In this document: piece by piece, positions 8,142 to 16,980 of the stretch
How positions within the stretch are numbered: the first letter of the stretch is position 1
How the letters are laid out: the number at the start of each line of letters is the position of its first letter
Assembly: GCA_965662465.1 (NCBI GenBank)
Contig: CBFIIO010000004.1
Location: 67,500-131,499, forward strand
Source of the DNA: Planctomycetota bacterium
GTDB lineage: Bacteria; Planctomycetota; UBA1135; UBA2386
Direction: 5' to 3'
DNA: 64,000 nt
Position numbers and translations under genes: made by a program
The notes under the pieces: generated by a model
What the model was told of the DNA's origin: nothing
Databases searched by the model: none
What the model saw: only the letters and a program-made list of their open reading frames with translations

Positions 8142-8621
8142 ATGGCCTCGCCTACGATAGCTGTGATGAGTGAAGAGCCGATGCCCGAGACCCCACGTGA
8201 GCCTGAAATTGAGTTCATGGGCAAGATCGCCCATGAGCTACTCAGGATAGCGCGGGCAGTGTTCTGGGCGGCCGGGGTCTACAGCTTAATTCGTGGATTT
8301 GATCTGTTCTGCGAGCCCTTTGATGCAACCGCCATCAGCAGCGTGGACCAAGCCGTCATGCCTTCAGCGCTTGGCACAGTTTGGTTCACTGTCGGACTAC
8401 CCTTGGTGCTACCAACCTGCTGGATGCTGGAAAAGCGCTTCGGCCGCAACCTGATGTTGACGATCTACCCATTGATGTGGTTCGTGCCAATGATCCTGCC
8501 TAACGATGGTAACTATGGCTACATCCTGCGCATGTTCACCACCGTCGTAGCATTCTCAACCCTGCTCGTTTGGCGCACTTTGTGGCGCCTTACGGGGGAG
8601 ACCAAGAGCGTCGGGGCCTAA
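8142..8621 (+). CDS. hypothetical membrane protein
   Basis: 159 aa with an ATG start and about 4 hydrophobic segments. No family recognised. Confidence 0.5.
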   Translation: MASPTIAVMSEEPMPETPREPEIEFMGKIAHELLRIARAVFWAAGVYSLIRGFDLFCEPFDATAISSVDQAVMPSALGTVWFTVGLPLVLPTCWMLEKRFGRNLMLTIYPLMWFVPMILPNDGNYGYILRMFTTVVAFSTLLVWRTLWRLTGETKSVGA

Positions 8622-8717
8622 TTCGTCCGCGAGCAACAAACCCGGATCCACGAACGGGGTTGCCCAAGAGCATCATTGCCACGACGATGTTGGCAGTCCC
8701 TCTGCGCTAGCCTCAAA

Positions 8718-11700
8718 ATGCTAACTTCCACCCGGTCCGCCGCCGCCGTTGCCTTTCTCCTTACGGCATCATTGCCGACAGCATTGTCGGCACAATGCCC
8801 CTCCGGCGCCCCCATGCCGCGCGACATCGCGCTCGAGACCACTCTACCTGCAAGCGGTCCGGCTCGATTGCGTCTGCAAGCTGGGCTGGCAGCGCTAAAT
8901 AACGACCAGGCAGCAGCGGCTCGCCAACACTTCTTTGCCGCACTTGAGTTCCACCCATCTTCAGTAGCATTGTTGCTCGAGTTGGTGTGCGCCAGTGGCG
9001 ATGACATGGACGCACTCTCGCAGTGGATCGAGCGCTATGTGCGGGCCGGAACAAACGAGAAAGGCCGCTTCAAAATTGACGCTCCAAGTCGCAAACGGCT
9101 TCAGGCGATCAAGCCCGCAGCGAGCCTAATCAAGGACGCGCAAGCGCTCAATGCAAAACGCCGGGGAGCCATTGTCGAGATTGGTCGATTTATCAAACGG
9201 CAGAAATCTAAGGGCAAGCAAACAGCTGCAAACGCTCTCGTCGTGCGGTGGGCGAGTGAACTCCTCCTAAAGATTGCATCGGGTGCCCCATTGGCTCTCG
9301 CCGATGTGGCAACCACAGTCGATAAACACCAGACATCATTCACCCCTGACTATGACATCGTCTATAGAGCGCTAGCGAAGGTCATGAATCAGCAGGTGCC
9401 GCAAGCGGATGACCCTGAATCCAACACCCCCACTACTGGCAAAAGCAGCGATGCGCGTGTCATCAATGATCAACGCATTCGCGCAGCACGCTGCCTAGTT
9501 GGCCTCGCAAAACAGGCAGCGTTTAAAGATCTAAAAGGACCAAGGCCAACGGGCCCCGGGTCACTAGCAGAAGATGCCCGGCGAATCTTAGAAGACGAGC
9601 GCACCTCCGACGCCGCGGCGGGCAAGATCTGGACGATCGCTGAACTCGACGAGATGACGGACGAGCAGAGACTGCGATTTACCGAAGAACACAGTGACTG
9701 GCACAACGCTGGCTTAGCGCTCAGCAAAAACAGCCTCTACCGCATCGAAACGATCTGTGGCCATGAGACGCTGCTGCAAACGGCAAAGACCGTTGAGCTG
9801 CATCATCAGCGTCTAATCAGCCATTTCGGCAAGGATCCGTTTGAGGGCAGACAAGGCATTGTGCGCATCGTCCCAGAAAACAGTGACATGGAGACCGAAG
9901 GTGCGCCGTACTGGTGGGCTGGTGGATTCCAGGGTGGCGACCGCACGACAGTGCGCTTTGCGTGGGGCAGAATCTCCGGCCTTGGTCACACCTTAACGCA
10001 CGAGTTGACTCACCGATTCGATGGCGTTCTGCGGCCATTTATGCCGTCTTGGTATGGCGAAGGACATGCTGACTGGACCAGTGGTCACTATGGCCAAATG
10101 AAGGAAAAGACGTTCCTGGAGAACTACCTCCGCATCGGCACTGCCGCGCACACTTTCTACAAAGGTTACGGGCGTAAGAAGAAGTTTGAGCAACTACTAA
10201 CTGGTGAGATCGAGGACTACCGCGACAACTACTTCGCCGGATATTCGCTTTACGCATTCCTGAATAGCTACCCACCTAGTCAGCCGCGCTACCGCAGTGC
10301 TGTGCCTAAGTTCATCAAGAACGCACGCGCTGGTGGACGTGATCCACTGGCATACTTCCAATCGGTATTCTGTGACGGCAAAGAGGGCCGACCTGCAGAA
10401 TTTGACGAGTTAGCCGAAGAGTGGCGCACGTTCGTGCGCGGCTGCTACGACTGGCAAGATCGAAAGCGGGACAACAACCAGTGGCTGAAAGACTACAAAG
10501 GTCGACTCAAACAAGAGAGCACGCCGATGGTGCTGGATGTGCCAACGCGCTCATGGGCGCGCAGCCATGCGGAGCCATTCTATGGCCAAGAGCACGCCGC
10601 AGCCGCAACGCTGCTACTCGACGAAGTGCACGACAATCAAGCGGCAGTCGCCGCTGGCGTATGGTCACTAACTAGCGATGGTTGGCGGCCCGAAGTTGCA
10701 CGCACCTTGGCCAAGGTATTGGTTGCTGGCAGCAACCAGCAGGCAGCAATGGCCTTCTCGACAATTGCGCACGGCCACTTTCCTGAAATTGCCGTTACTG
10801 ACAGCCAAAAGCTTCTCGACCAGCTGCCCAAGACGCGTGCGCTGCTGTCTGCACTTGCTACACGCATCGAAACCCTAACGGCTGCCAAGGCCGAGAATGC
10901 AGCATCTGCAACAGCGCGTGAGCATGCAGCGATCACAAATAGTTTCGGGAAATCGCCAACCTCCTACGCAAAGTCTGACGCAGTAAAACGATTACCGCGC
11001 CACCTTGGCAGCAGCGGATTCACTGAGAGCGAACTCACGGGCTATGAAGACCGCAGGCGTAAGGGCCTATGGTATGTCACGCCAGAAGGCGACCTTCACG
11101 TTGGCCGCAACAAACCACGCGAAGCAACCGGCGTTCTCGACCGGCGAGCACAGCAACGCGATGCTTTTGCCCATACGGTCGCGTGGCAAGCGCCTGGTCA
11201 CTACGTCATCCGTGGCCGAGTGCACTGGACGACATCTTATATTTCGGGCGCAATCGTGCTCGGGCACACAAGACGTGACAGAAGCATTCGCATCGGATTC
11301 TCGGCTGGCGACTTCAACTATGCGATCGGTAAGAGTGAGTCAAACGACCGTGAAGGTCGCGTCCGCCTATCGTTATCCGGACTCTGGGAACGAGATGGAC
11401 GGCTGCCTGACACACGTCACAACAAGTCCGTCGAAATCCCAAACAAGCAAAACTGGTTCGAATACGAACTGCACGTTCGAGGCCCCCGCGTCGAAGTAAT
11501 CATCAACGATGAAGCCTTGATGAGCTACGCGGTACACGACGGCACGCCGATCGAAGGCCACATCGGCTTTGCCACTGGAACTGGTGCCATTCGACTCCAG
11601 CAGCCAACCGTACAGCGACTTGACGATGAGATCTCATCGCCAGTCCTAGGATTAGACATCGCAATGCAACCAACTCGCTCCTTGGGCCAGTTGATGCAGC

Positions 11701-12095
11701 TCCAAACCCGAGGTATCCCAACGAACCCCAACGGCACACTAGTGCTGTGGCTACCAAAAGTAGACGAAGGCTCACCGTCTGACCGATTAGGCAGATCCCT
11801 GAGGAGGCTCAGTAAGATCATGCAAGACCAACTCAACTACCCTCAATCCTGGGTATTGGCGGTGCCAAAGGGCATGGATGCAGACGATCTAAAGACGACC
11901 TTGGCGGATCTGCAAGATTTACGACCGGGCCCATTCCCTGTCGTCGAACACCAAATCGGCCAGCCATTCGACAGCAAGCACCCTTGGGTATTGTTTTTGG
12001 ATGCGCAGGGCGTGATGCGAGCAGCGGCCAATTGCCGCGATACTAAGATTCACACAAAAGTCGCCAAGTGGTCGCTGATCTATCGCGGCAGATAA
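8718..12095 (+). CDS. large secreted protein: peptidase-MA-like HExxH domain plus C-terminal DUF1080/LamG-like domain
   Basis: Trimmed to ATG 8718, which gives a signal peptide (MLTSTRSAAAVAFLLTASLPTALSAQ). The zinc motif is GHTLTHELTHRFDG...SWYGEGHADW. The C-terminal region (GHIGFATGTGAIRLQQPTVQRL) resembles DUF1080. Confidence 0.7.
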   Translation: MLTSTRSAAAVAFLLTASLPTALSAQCPSGAPMPRDIALETTLPASGPARLRLQAGLAALNNDQAAAARQHFFAALEFHPSSVALLLELVCASGDDMDALSQWIERYVRAGTNEKGRFKIDAPSRKRLQAIKPAASLIKDAQALNAKRRGAIVEIGRFIKRQKSKGKQTAANALVVRWASELLLKIASGAPLALADVATTVDKHQTSFTPDYDIVYRALAKVMNQQVPQADDPESNTPTTGKSSDARVINDQRIRAARCLVGLAKQAAFKDLKGPRPTGPGSLAEDARRILEDERTSDAAAGKIWTIAELDEMTDEQRLRFTEEHSDWHNAGLALSKNSLYRIETICGHETLLQTAKTVELHHQRLISHFGKDPFEGRQGIVRIVPENSDMETEGAPYWWAGGFQGGDRTTVRFAWGRISGLGHTLTHELTHRFDGVLRPFMPSWYGEGHADWTSGHYGQMKEKTFLENYLRIGTAAHTFYKGYGRKKKFEQLLTGEIEDYRDNYFAGYSLYAFLNSYPPSQPRYRSAVPKFIKNARAGGRDPLAYFQSVFCDGKEGRPAEFDELAEEWRTFVRGCYDWQDRKRDNNQWLKDYKGRLKQESTPMVLDVPTRSWARSHAEPFYGQEHAAAATLLLDEVHDNQAAVAAGVWSLTSDGWRPEVARTLAKVLVAGSNQQAAMAFSTIAHGHFPEIAVTDSQKLLDQLPKTRALLSALATRIETLTAAKAENAASATAREHAAITNSFGKSPTSYAKSDAVKRLPRHLGSSGFTESELTGYEDRRRKGLWYVTPEGDLHVGRNKPREATGVLDRRAQQRDAFAHTVAWQAPGHYVIRGRVHWTTSYISGAIVLGHTRRDRSIRIGFSAGDFNYAIGKSESNDREGRVRLSLSGLWERDGRLPDTRHNKSVEIPNKQNWFEYELHVRGPRVEVIINDEALMSYAVHDGTPIEGHIGFATGTGAIRLQQPTVQRLDDEISSPVLGLDIAMQPTRSLGQLMQLQTRGIPTNPNGTLVLWLPKVDEGSPSDRLGRSLRRLSKIMQDQLNYPQSWVLAVPKGMDADDLKTTLADLQDLRPGPFPVVEHQIGQPFDSKHPWVLFLDAQGVMRAAANCRDTKIHTKVAKWSLIYRGR

Positions 12096-12120
12096 CCGCC
12101 TCTGCGATCCATCATCGCCC

Positions 12121-13485
12121 CTAGCTAGGGCCACCGCTCGGTGGAATCAGCTTGCTTGTGGCTGTATCACGCTGCTTCATCAAGAAGGCAAGGCGACGAC
12201 TCTCACTGACGACTGGAAACTGCGGCTCAACAATTGGCTCCGCCTGTGCTGACTTGTAGATCTCAAGCAGTGCATCAAGATGCGAATCGAGGCTGGGTGA
12301 AGCGGCCGGGATTTTAGATCGCAACTCACTCCACAACTTAGGCTCGTCGCAAACCCTCATCATCGCGCTAGCTAAATCGCCAACATCCCCGCCACGAGTT
12401 GCGATACCTGCACCTCTAGCACGTTCTGGCAGTGCGCCAAGATCACTGGTGATACACGGCAAGCCAAGCTCGAAGCACTCGTCGAGAACAAGGCCGAATG
12501 TCTCAATGCATGTGCTTGGAAAGACACCGATGTGGGGATTGGTTGCATGGAGCTGCGCGGCGTCAAACGCTCCATGGAAGGTAACGGACAATCCATCCGC
12601 CATAGCCCGCAACTCATCTTCGAAAGCTTCACTTTCGAAACCACCCAAGATGTGCAGCTCGGCACGGCCAGGACGCTGCGCACACACTTGACGCAAAGCA
12701 TTCAGCAACACGTCGACGCCCTTATGACGCCCAATGCCGCCCCAAAACGCAAATCGCACAGGGTCACCTTCCGAAGGACCGGCCAATGCCTCCATGCCAG
12801 CAAATCGCTTGCTGTAGCCTAAGGGCAACGTTTGGTATTGCGACCGATCTACGCCCGTCGTCTGTGACAACAAATCTGCCGTGCTATCAACGGCAACCAA
12901 CACCGCTCTAGCTAGGGACAACTCCGCACGGTAGTGATCCGCATAGAGGTTGATGCCATCAGCGATCTCATGGCGAGGCTCGTATCCGTACTTCGGAACA
13001 CAATCACCACAACTCTCGACGGAAAGCTCTCGGCGACAAGCTTCATCACCCGCGCGACGACGGAAGGCGCGCGGGCAGCTCGTGTAGTAATCATGCAGCG
13101 TCACAACTGCCGGAATGCCGACTCGCGCACAGATCTCCACTAGGTTGCAAGTCAGTCGGACCCAATGGTGCACATGCACAAGGCGAGGCATCCGCTCGCG
13201 CAAAAACTGCTCAAAGCGTGCCTCGACTTCCGGGTGCCACATCTTGGCGTGATGATCGAAGAACAAGTCGTTGCGCTGCAGCCGATGCACAATCAGCCCG
13301 TCGACCTCACCTTCGGTGATCGTGACCGCCGGAGCGGGGTGCTGCGTACCAGATAAGACTTCTACCTCCATACCCCGCGCTCTTTGTCGCTGAGCAAGGT
13401 CCAATGCATAGGACTCCGACCCACCGCGACTCTCTGGCGGGAACTGGTGGATCACGTGCAAGACATCCATCGTCACAAGTATCAT
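12121..13485 (-). CDS. glycosyltransferase family 4 (GT-B, GT1/GT4 type)
   Basis: Trimmed from 13686 to ATG 13485 (or 13470). The canonical GT4 N-terminus is MDVLHVIHQFPPESRGGSESYALDLA, and there is a C-terminal E-x7-E-like region (ETFGLVLDECFELGLPCITSD). GGTGAGG lies upstream of 13485. Confidence 0.8.
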   Translation of the reverse strand: MILVTMDVLHVIHQFPPESRGGSESYALDLAQRQRARGMEVEVLSGTQHPAPAVTITEGEVDGLIVHRLQRNDLFFDHHAKMWHPEVEARFEQFLRERMPRLVHVHHWVRLTCNLVEICARVGIPAVVTLHDYYTSCPRAFRRRAGDEACRRELSVESCGDCVPKYGYEPRHEIADGINLYADHYRAELSLARAVLVAVDSTADLLSQTTGVDRSQYQTLPLGYSKRFAGMEALAGPSEGDPVRFAFWGGIGRHKGVDVLLNALRQVCAQRPGRAELHILGGFESEAFEDELRAMADGLSVTFHGAFDAAQLHATNPHIGVFPSTCIETFGLVLDECFELGLPCITSDLGALPERARGAGIATRGGDVGDLASAMMRVCDEPKLWSELRSKIPAASPSLDSHLDALLEIYKSAQAEPIVEPQFPVVSESRRLAFLMKQRDTATSKLIPPSGGPS

Positions 13486-13595
13486 CCTAGCCTCACCGAT
13501 GACAACCAGCTCAAAGGTGTTCAAAACGAATCCCGCAGATCTGGCTCCGATCGACGTGATTATCCAGAACAGACCGGCGTTTGCCCACCTGAAGC

Positions 13596-13604
13596 GGGGG
13601 GGGG
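13596..13604. repeat. G9 homopolymer (C9 on the glycosyltransferase strand)
   Basis: Nine consecutive G counted in gaagcGGGGGGGGGcgag. It lies 111 nt upstream of the preferred GT4 ATG (13485) and 190 nt upstream of the DUF4920 gene ATG (13794). It is inside the alternative long GT4 ORF. Confidence 0.95.
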
Positions 13605-13793
13605 CGAGTAAACAATCGACCATCAAGAATTGACAGACGACAGGTGTCCCGGACAGCATGGCCGCCCCAGAGAGCAGATTGTCCACTGACTGGATTTAGT
13701 GGCTCAATGCGCCCACCTATCCATAGCCCCCATAGCGACAGAGACAAATGTCGCCTAACCTTACCTTCTTCCCCACACCCCCTGCCAAGATCG

Positions 13794-14729
13794 ATGCGTA
13801 GCCTACTACTCCTCCCCATTCTGTCTGCCGCCCTAACGCTCTCAGGCGAAAGCAGGGCGCAGGACCAGAAACCTCAAAAACTCAATCCTGAGGTCTACGA
13901 TCACTTCGGCACCGGCATCACAACTGGTGAAAAGCCACTGAGCCTTGCAGAAGCGCTGAAGGCTTCAGCGAAACTTGCTAACAAAACAATCCGCCTGCAA
14001 GCGCCAATCACTGCTGTGTGCCAGACCAAGGGCTGCTGGATGAACCTTGGCAAGCCGGACGCAAACGGCAATCCGCCCGTATTCGTCAAGTTCAAGGACT
14101 ACGGATTCTTCATGCCGAAGGACTCAAGCGGTCGCACAGCGATCGTCGAAGGGACCATGACGGTCAAACAAGAGACCGTTGAGGAGACCAAGCACTACCT
14201 TGAGGACGCTGGCAAACTCGAAGAAGCCAAGAAAGTCACCCAAGGTCGCAAGATCCTACGCTTCATGGCCACTGGCGTCGCGATCAAGAAGGCGCTCAAC
14301 CTGGCGAACTTTGACCAGTTCGGCGCAGGCATCAAAGCTGGTGCGACTCCCCTAACGCTGGCAGCGGTGATGAAAAACCCACAGCAGTACGTCGGTAAGA
14401 AAGTGCGCCTCGCAGCACCAATCACGGGTGTATGCCAGACCAAGGGTTGCTGGATGAACCTTGGCAAGCCGGACGCGAACGGCAACCCACCTGTGTTCGT
14501 CAAGTTTAAGGACTACGGATTCTTCGTGCCAAAGGATGCGAGCGGACGCCAAGCTGTCGTCGATGGCGAGCTAACCTTCACACAAGAGACCGTCGCCGAG
14601 ACCAAGCACTATCTCGAAGACGCTGGCAAAGCCGAGGCAGCTAAGAAGGTCACCGAAGGTCGCAAGATTCTTCGCTTCATGGCAAGCGGCGTAGCCATCG
14701 AGCCAGCAGCCAAGAAGTCTGCGAAGTAG
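13794..14729 (+). CDS. secreted protein with two tandem DUF4920 domains
   Basis: Trimmed to ATG 13794, which gives a signal peptide (MRSLLLLPILSAALTLSG). It has two ~138-aa copies, each containing CQTKGCWMNLGKPDANGNPPVFVKFKDYGFF. Confidence 0.75.
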   Translation: MRSLLLLPILSAALTLSGESRAQDQKPQKLNPEVYDHFGTGITTGEKPLSLAEALKASAKLANKTIRLQAPITAVCQTKGCWMNLGKPDANGNPPVFVKFKDYGFFMPKDSSGRTAIVEGTMTVKQETVEETKHYLEDAGKLEEAKKVTQGRKILRFMATGVAIKKALNLANFDQFGAGIKAGATPLTLAAVMKNPQQYVGKKVRLAAPITGVCQTKGCWMNLGKPDANGNPPVFVKFKDYGFFVPKDASGRQAVVDGELTFTQETVAETKHYLEDAGKAEAAKKVTEGRKILRFMASGVAIEPAAKKSAK

Positions 14730-14730
14730 G

Positions 14731-14791
14731 CTCAGCAGGATCGACTCAGCAGGATCGACTCAGCAGAGTCGCTTCATGCAGAGTCGCTTCA
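14731..14791. repeat. compound short tandem repeat in a convergent spacer
   Basis: CTCAGCAGGATCGA occurs twice (14731-14758), then GCAGAGTCGCTTCA occurs twice (14763-14776 and 14778-14791). It starts directly after the stop codon at 14727-14729. Confidence 0.9.
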
Positions 14792-14843
14792 CAGCGCCCC
14801 ACTTCGAGCCTGCTCACGCCGAATGCAACGGCGTCTGACAGCG

Positions 14844-16742
14844 CTACTGGATGGTGATCGGCACAGCAGACGGGAAGGACGTCCTCACCAACGTGAAGTT
14901 GCTCTGATCGATCGTCAGCGCAGTCCCATAAATCGTCAGTCCGAGCAAGAACGGCAGCGGTGGGATATTGAGTGGCGAACTCACGTGACCGTTCGCGTCG
15001 AGACTGCCTAACGCTAGTGGCTGCACAGGATTGCCAGGAGCCACGCCCAAAAGGGTGATCGCGTCGATCGCCAGCGGAATGCTCGTGCCATCGGAAAGCA
15101 CCGTGGCCGGGGCGTTTGATAACGCCAGCAACATCATATATTGCAGGCCCTGATCGCCCTGGATGTTCACGTCAAGAGAAGTCGATCCGCCGACCTGAGC
15201 CGGCGCTGCCAAACGCATGCTTGGCTCGACCACGTGCAAGATCTGATTCACTGCAACACCGGTTAGGTGCTGCACCTGACCGCTAGGCCAGCGAATCGTT
15301 ATCTTGTCGACCGTCGCAGCTGAACCTAGACCAAAGTGCACACGCCGATCAGCCGTCGACATCCAGCCGGTGCCGCTGCGTACCCACTGTCGCTGACGAT
15401 GGGTTCCTGTAATCACTTCAATGCGAGCACCGAGGCCATCGCGATTGCTGACAGTGCCCTCGGCACGAATCTTCAACCAGTTTCCGCCCGCCACTGTGTT
15501 GTGCATCAGCTTCACGCCAACTGGCGATGCGATCCAAGGCGGCCCTTCTGCGAACCGCTCGAGCAAGTCCATACGCCCGTCGTCATCGAAGTCGCCGACG
15601 GTCGTCAAGAACTGGAGGTCAAAGCTGTCTAGCCCCAATGAAGAAGCATAGTCTGCCCACATCACCTGCGCGCCTGCCGGTGCAGCGGGGTTCCTCATCA
15701 TGGAGTTTGGCAAATACTCGTGCACCTGATGCAGGTCTTGCCAGCCATCATTGTCGTAATCGAGGAAGTTCGCCGCCCAGCCAAACCCGAGCCCTTGAAG
15801 GCCATAGGTGAGTGTGTCGTCGACGTATTTGTTGGTTGCCGGGTTCCAGTGCTGGAACAAATGGTCGATCGGAATATCGGAGCAGTAGTAGTCGACGCCG
15901 CCGTCGTTGAAAACATCAACAAAGTCGAACGCCATGCCCCAGATCGCATTATTGGCGTTGATCGCGGCGCCAACTGCCGTGAATGTGCCATCACCGTTGT
16001 TGCGGAAAACCTCGTTGGGTGCACCACCGATGCTGGCCTTATCGTTGATCTCGATCAAGTCAGGCCAGTTATCCTCGTTGTAATCAAAGAACGCCGTAAT
16101 GAGCGTTGCGCCGACACCTCCGACCATCCCAGCGGAAGCGGTCACGTCGACAAAGTGGCCGTTACCAACATTTCGATAGAGGTAGTTCGGATTACTGAGA
16201 CTACCGCTACCGGCGAGGAATCGATTGCCGACATACAAATCGAGCAAGCCATCACGATCGTAATCGCCGAACGCAGCACCCCAACTCTCATCAGCTTGGG
16301 TTAGCCCACGCAAAGCGGCTTCTTCGGTGAAGGTCCCATTACCTGAGTTGATGAACAACTGCATGGGACCAAAAACTTGGCCCACGAAAATGTCTTGGTC
16401 GCCGTCGTTATCAATATCCCCTGCGCACATCACCAATGCTTCGAAACAAAGCCCCATACCGCAACTGGCGGTCAGGTCGGTGAACATCAACCCGCCATCG
16501 TTGCGGAAATAGCGATACGGATACCCATTCGGGGTTGCCATAACTACGTCGACATCGCCATCTCCATCGAAGTCAGCGACGCACTGGCCACTGCCGCCAT
16601 AGCCCGATGAGTTCGGCACACCATGGATTCCTTGGGGCGACTGGACAGAACTAAACCCCTGCGCGTGCGCCATCGAGTTGCCCACGAGCAGAACCGAGAA
16701 TACGGCTCCGAAAAGTGATAGTTTTTGGGCAATCTGGGACAT
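14844..16742 (-). CDS. CRTAC1-family FG-GAP/VCBS repeat protein with ASPIC/UnbV domain
   Basis: Trimmed to ATG 16742 (MSQIAQKLSLFGAVFSVLLVGNSMAHAQ). It has repeated DxDGDGDxD FG-GAP motifs and an UnbV_ASPIC-like block NWLKIRAEGTVSNRDGLGARIEV...RWPSGQ. Confidence 0.85.
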   Translation of the reverse strand: MSQIAQKLSLFGAVFSVLLVGNSMAHAQGFSSVQSPQGIHGVPNSSGYGGSGQCVADFDGDGDVDVVMATPNGYPYRYFRNDGGLMFTDLTASCGMGLCFEALVMCAGDIDNDGDQDIFVGQVFGPMQLFINSGNGTFTEEAALRGLTQADESWGAAFGDYDRDGLLDLYVGNRFLAGSGSLSNPNYLYRNVGNGHFVDVTASAGMVGGVGATLITAFFDYNEDNWPDLIEINDKASIGGAPNEVFRNNGDGTFTAVGAAINANNAIWGMAFDFVDVFNDGGVDYYCSDIPIDHLFQHWNPATNKYVDDTLTYGLQGLGFGWAANFLDYDNDGWQDLHQVHEYLPNSMMRNPAAPAGAQVMWADYASSLGLDSFDLQFLTTVGDFDDDGRMDLLERFAEGPPWIASPVGVKLMHNTVAGGNWLKIRAEGTVSNRDGLGARIEVITGTHRQRQWVRSGTGWMSTADRRVHFGLGSAATVDKITIRWPSGQVQHLTGVAVNQILHVVEPSMRLAAPAQVGGSTSLDVNIQGDQGLQYMMLLALSNAPATVLSDGTSIPLAIDAITLLGVAPGNPVQPLALGSLDANGHVSSPLNIPPLPFLLGLTIYGTALTIDQSNFTLVRTSFPSAVPITIQ

Positions 16743-16980
16743 AGGTCTGCAGCCTTTGGAGACGTGCGTTAACGCAAAGTTAGCAGGAGTAGTATACCAC
16801 GCATCCGACGTCGCCATGATCTCGTTGCCATCGGAGAACACTGCTTCTTGCTGATTACGGTAGAGCGGCCCGGTCAGACAACCCAAGCCGAAGCGGAACC
16901 GGCCTTTTCTACGCCTTAACTGCACCGACAAAATGTAGAAGCTCGACATCGGCCGGCTGCCGCGTCGCTATCTTCTCAGC

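Noticed and set aside
11455-11463. GGTTCGAAT, a tRNA T-arm-like motif
   Set aside because: It lies inside the 8718..12095 coding frame, and no acceptor or anticodon stems can be formed around it. It is not a tRNA. I found no tRNA-like structure in any spacer.
13486-13686. Long form of the glycosyltransferase (start 13686)
   Set aside because: The canonical GT4 N-terminus (MDVLHVIHQF..GG.E) begins at 13470/13485, and the 67-aa extension has no family precedent. It is kept only as an alternative in the G9 phase-variation hypothesis.
15720-16304. 194-aa plus-strand ORF antisense to the CRTAC1/ASPIC gene
   Set aside because: It lies entirely within a strongly supported minus-strand gene, is low-complexity Val/Ile/Glu-rich and matches no family. 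It is a shadow ORF.
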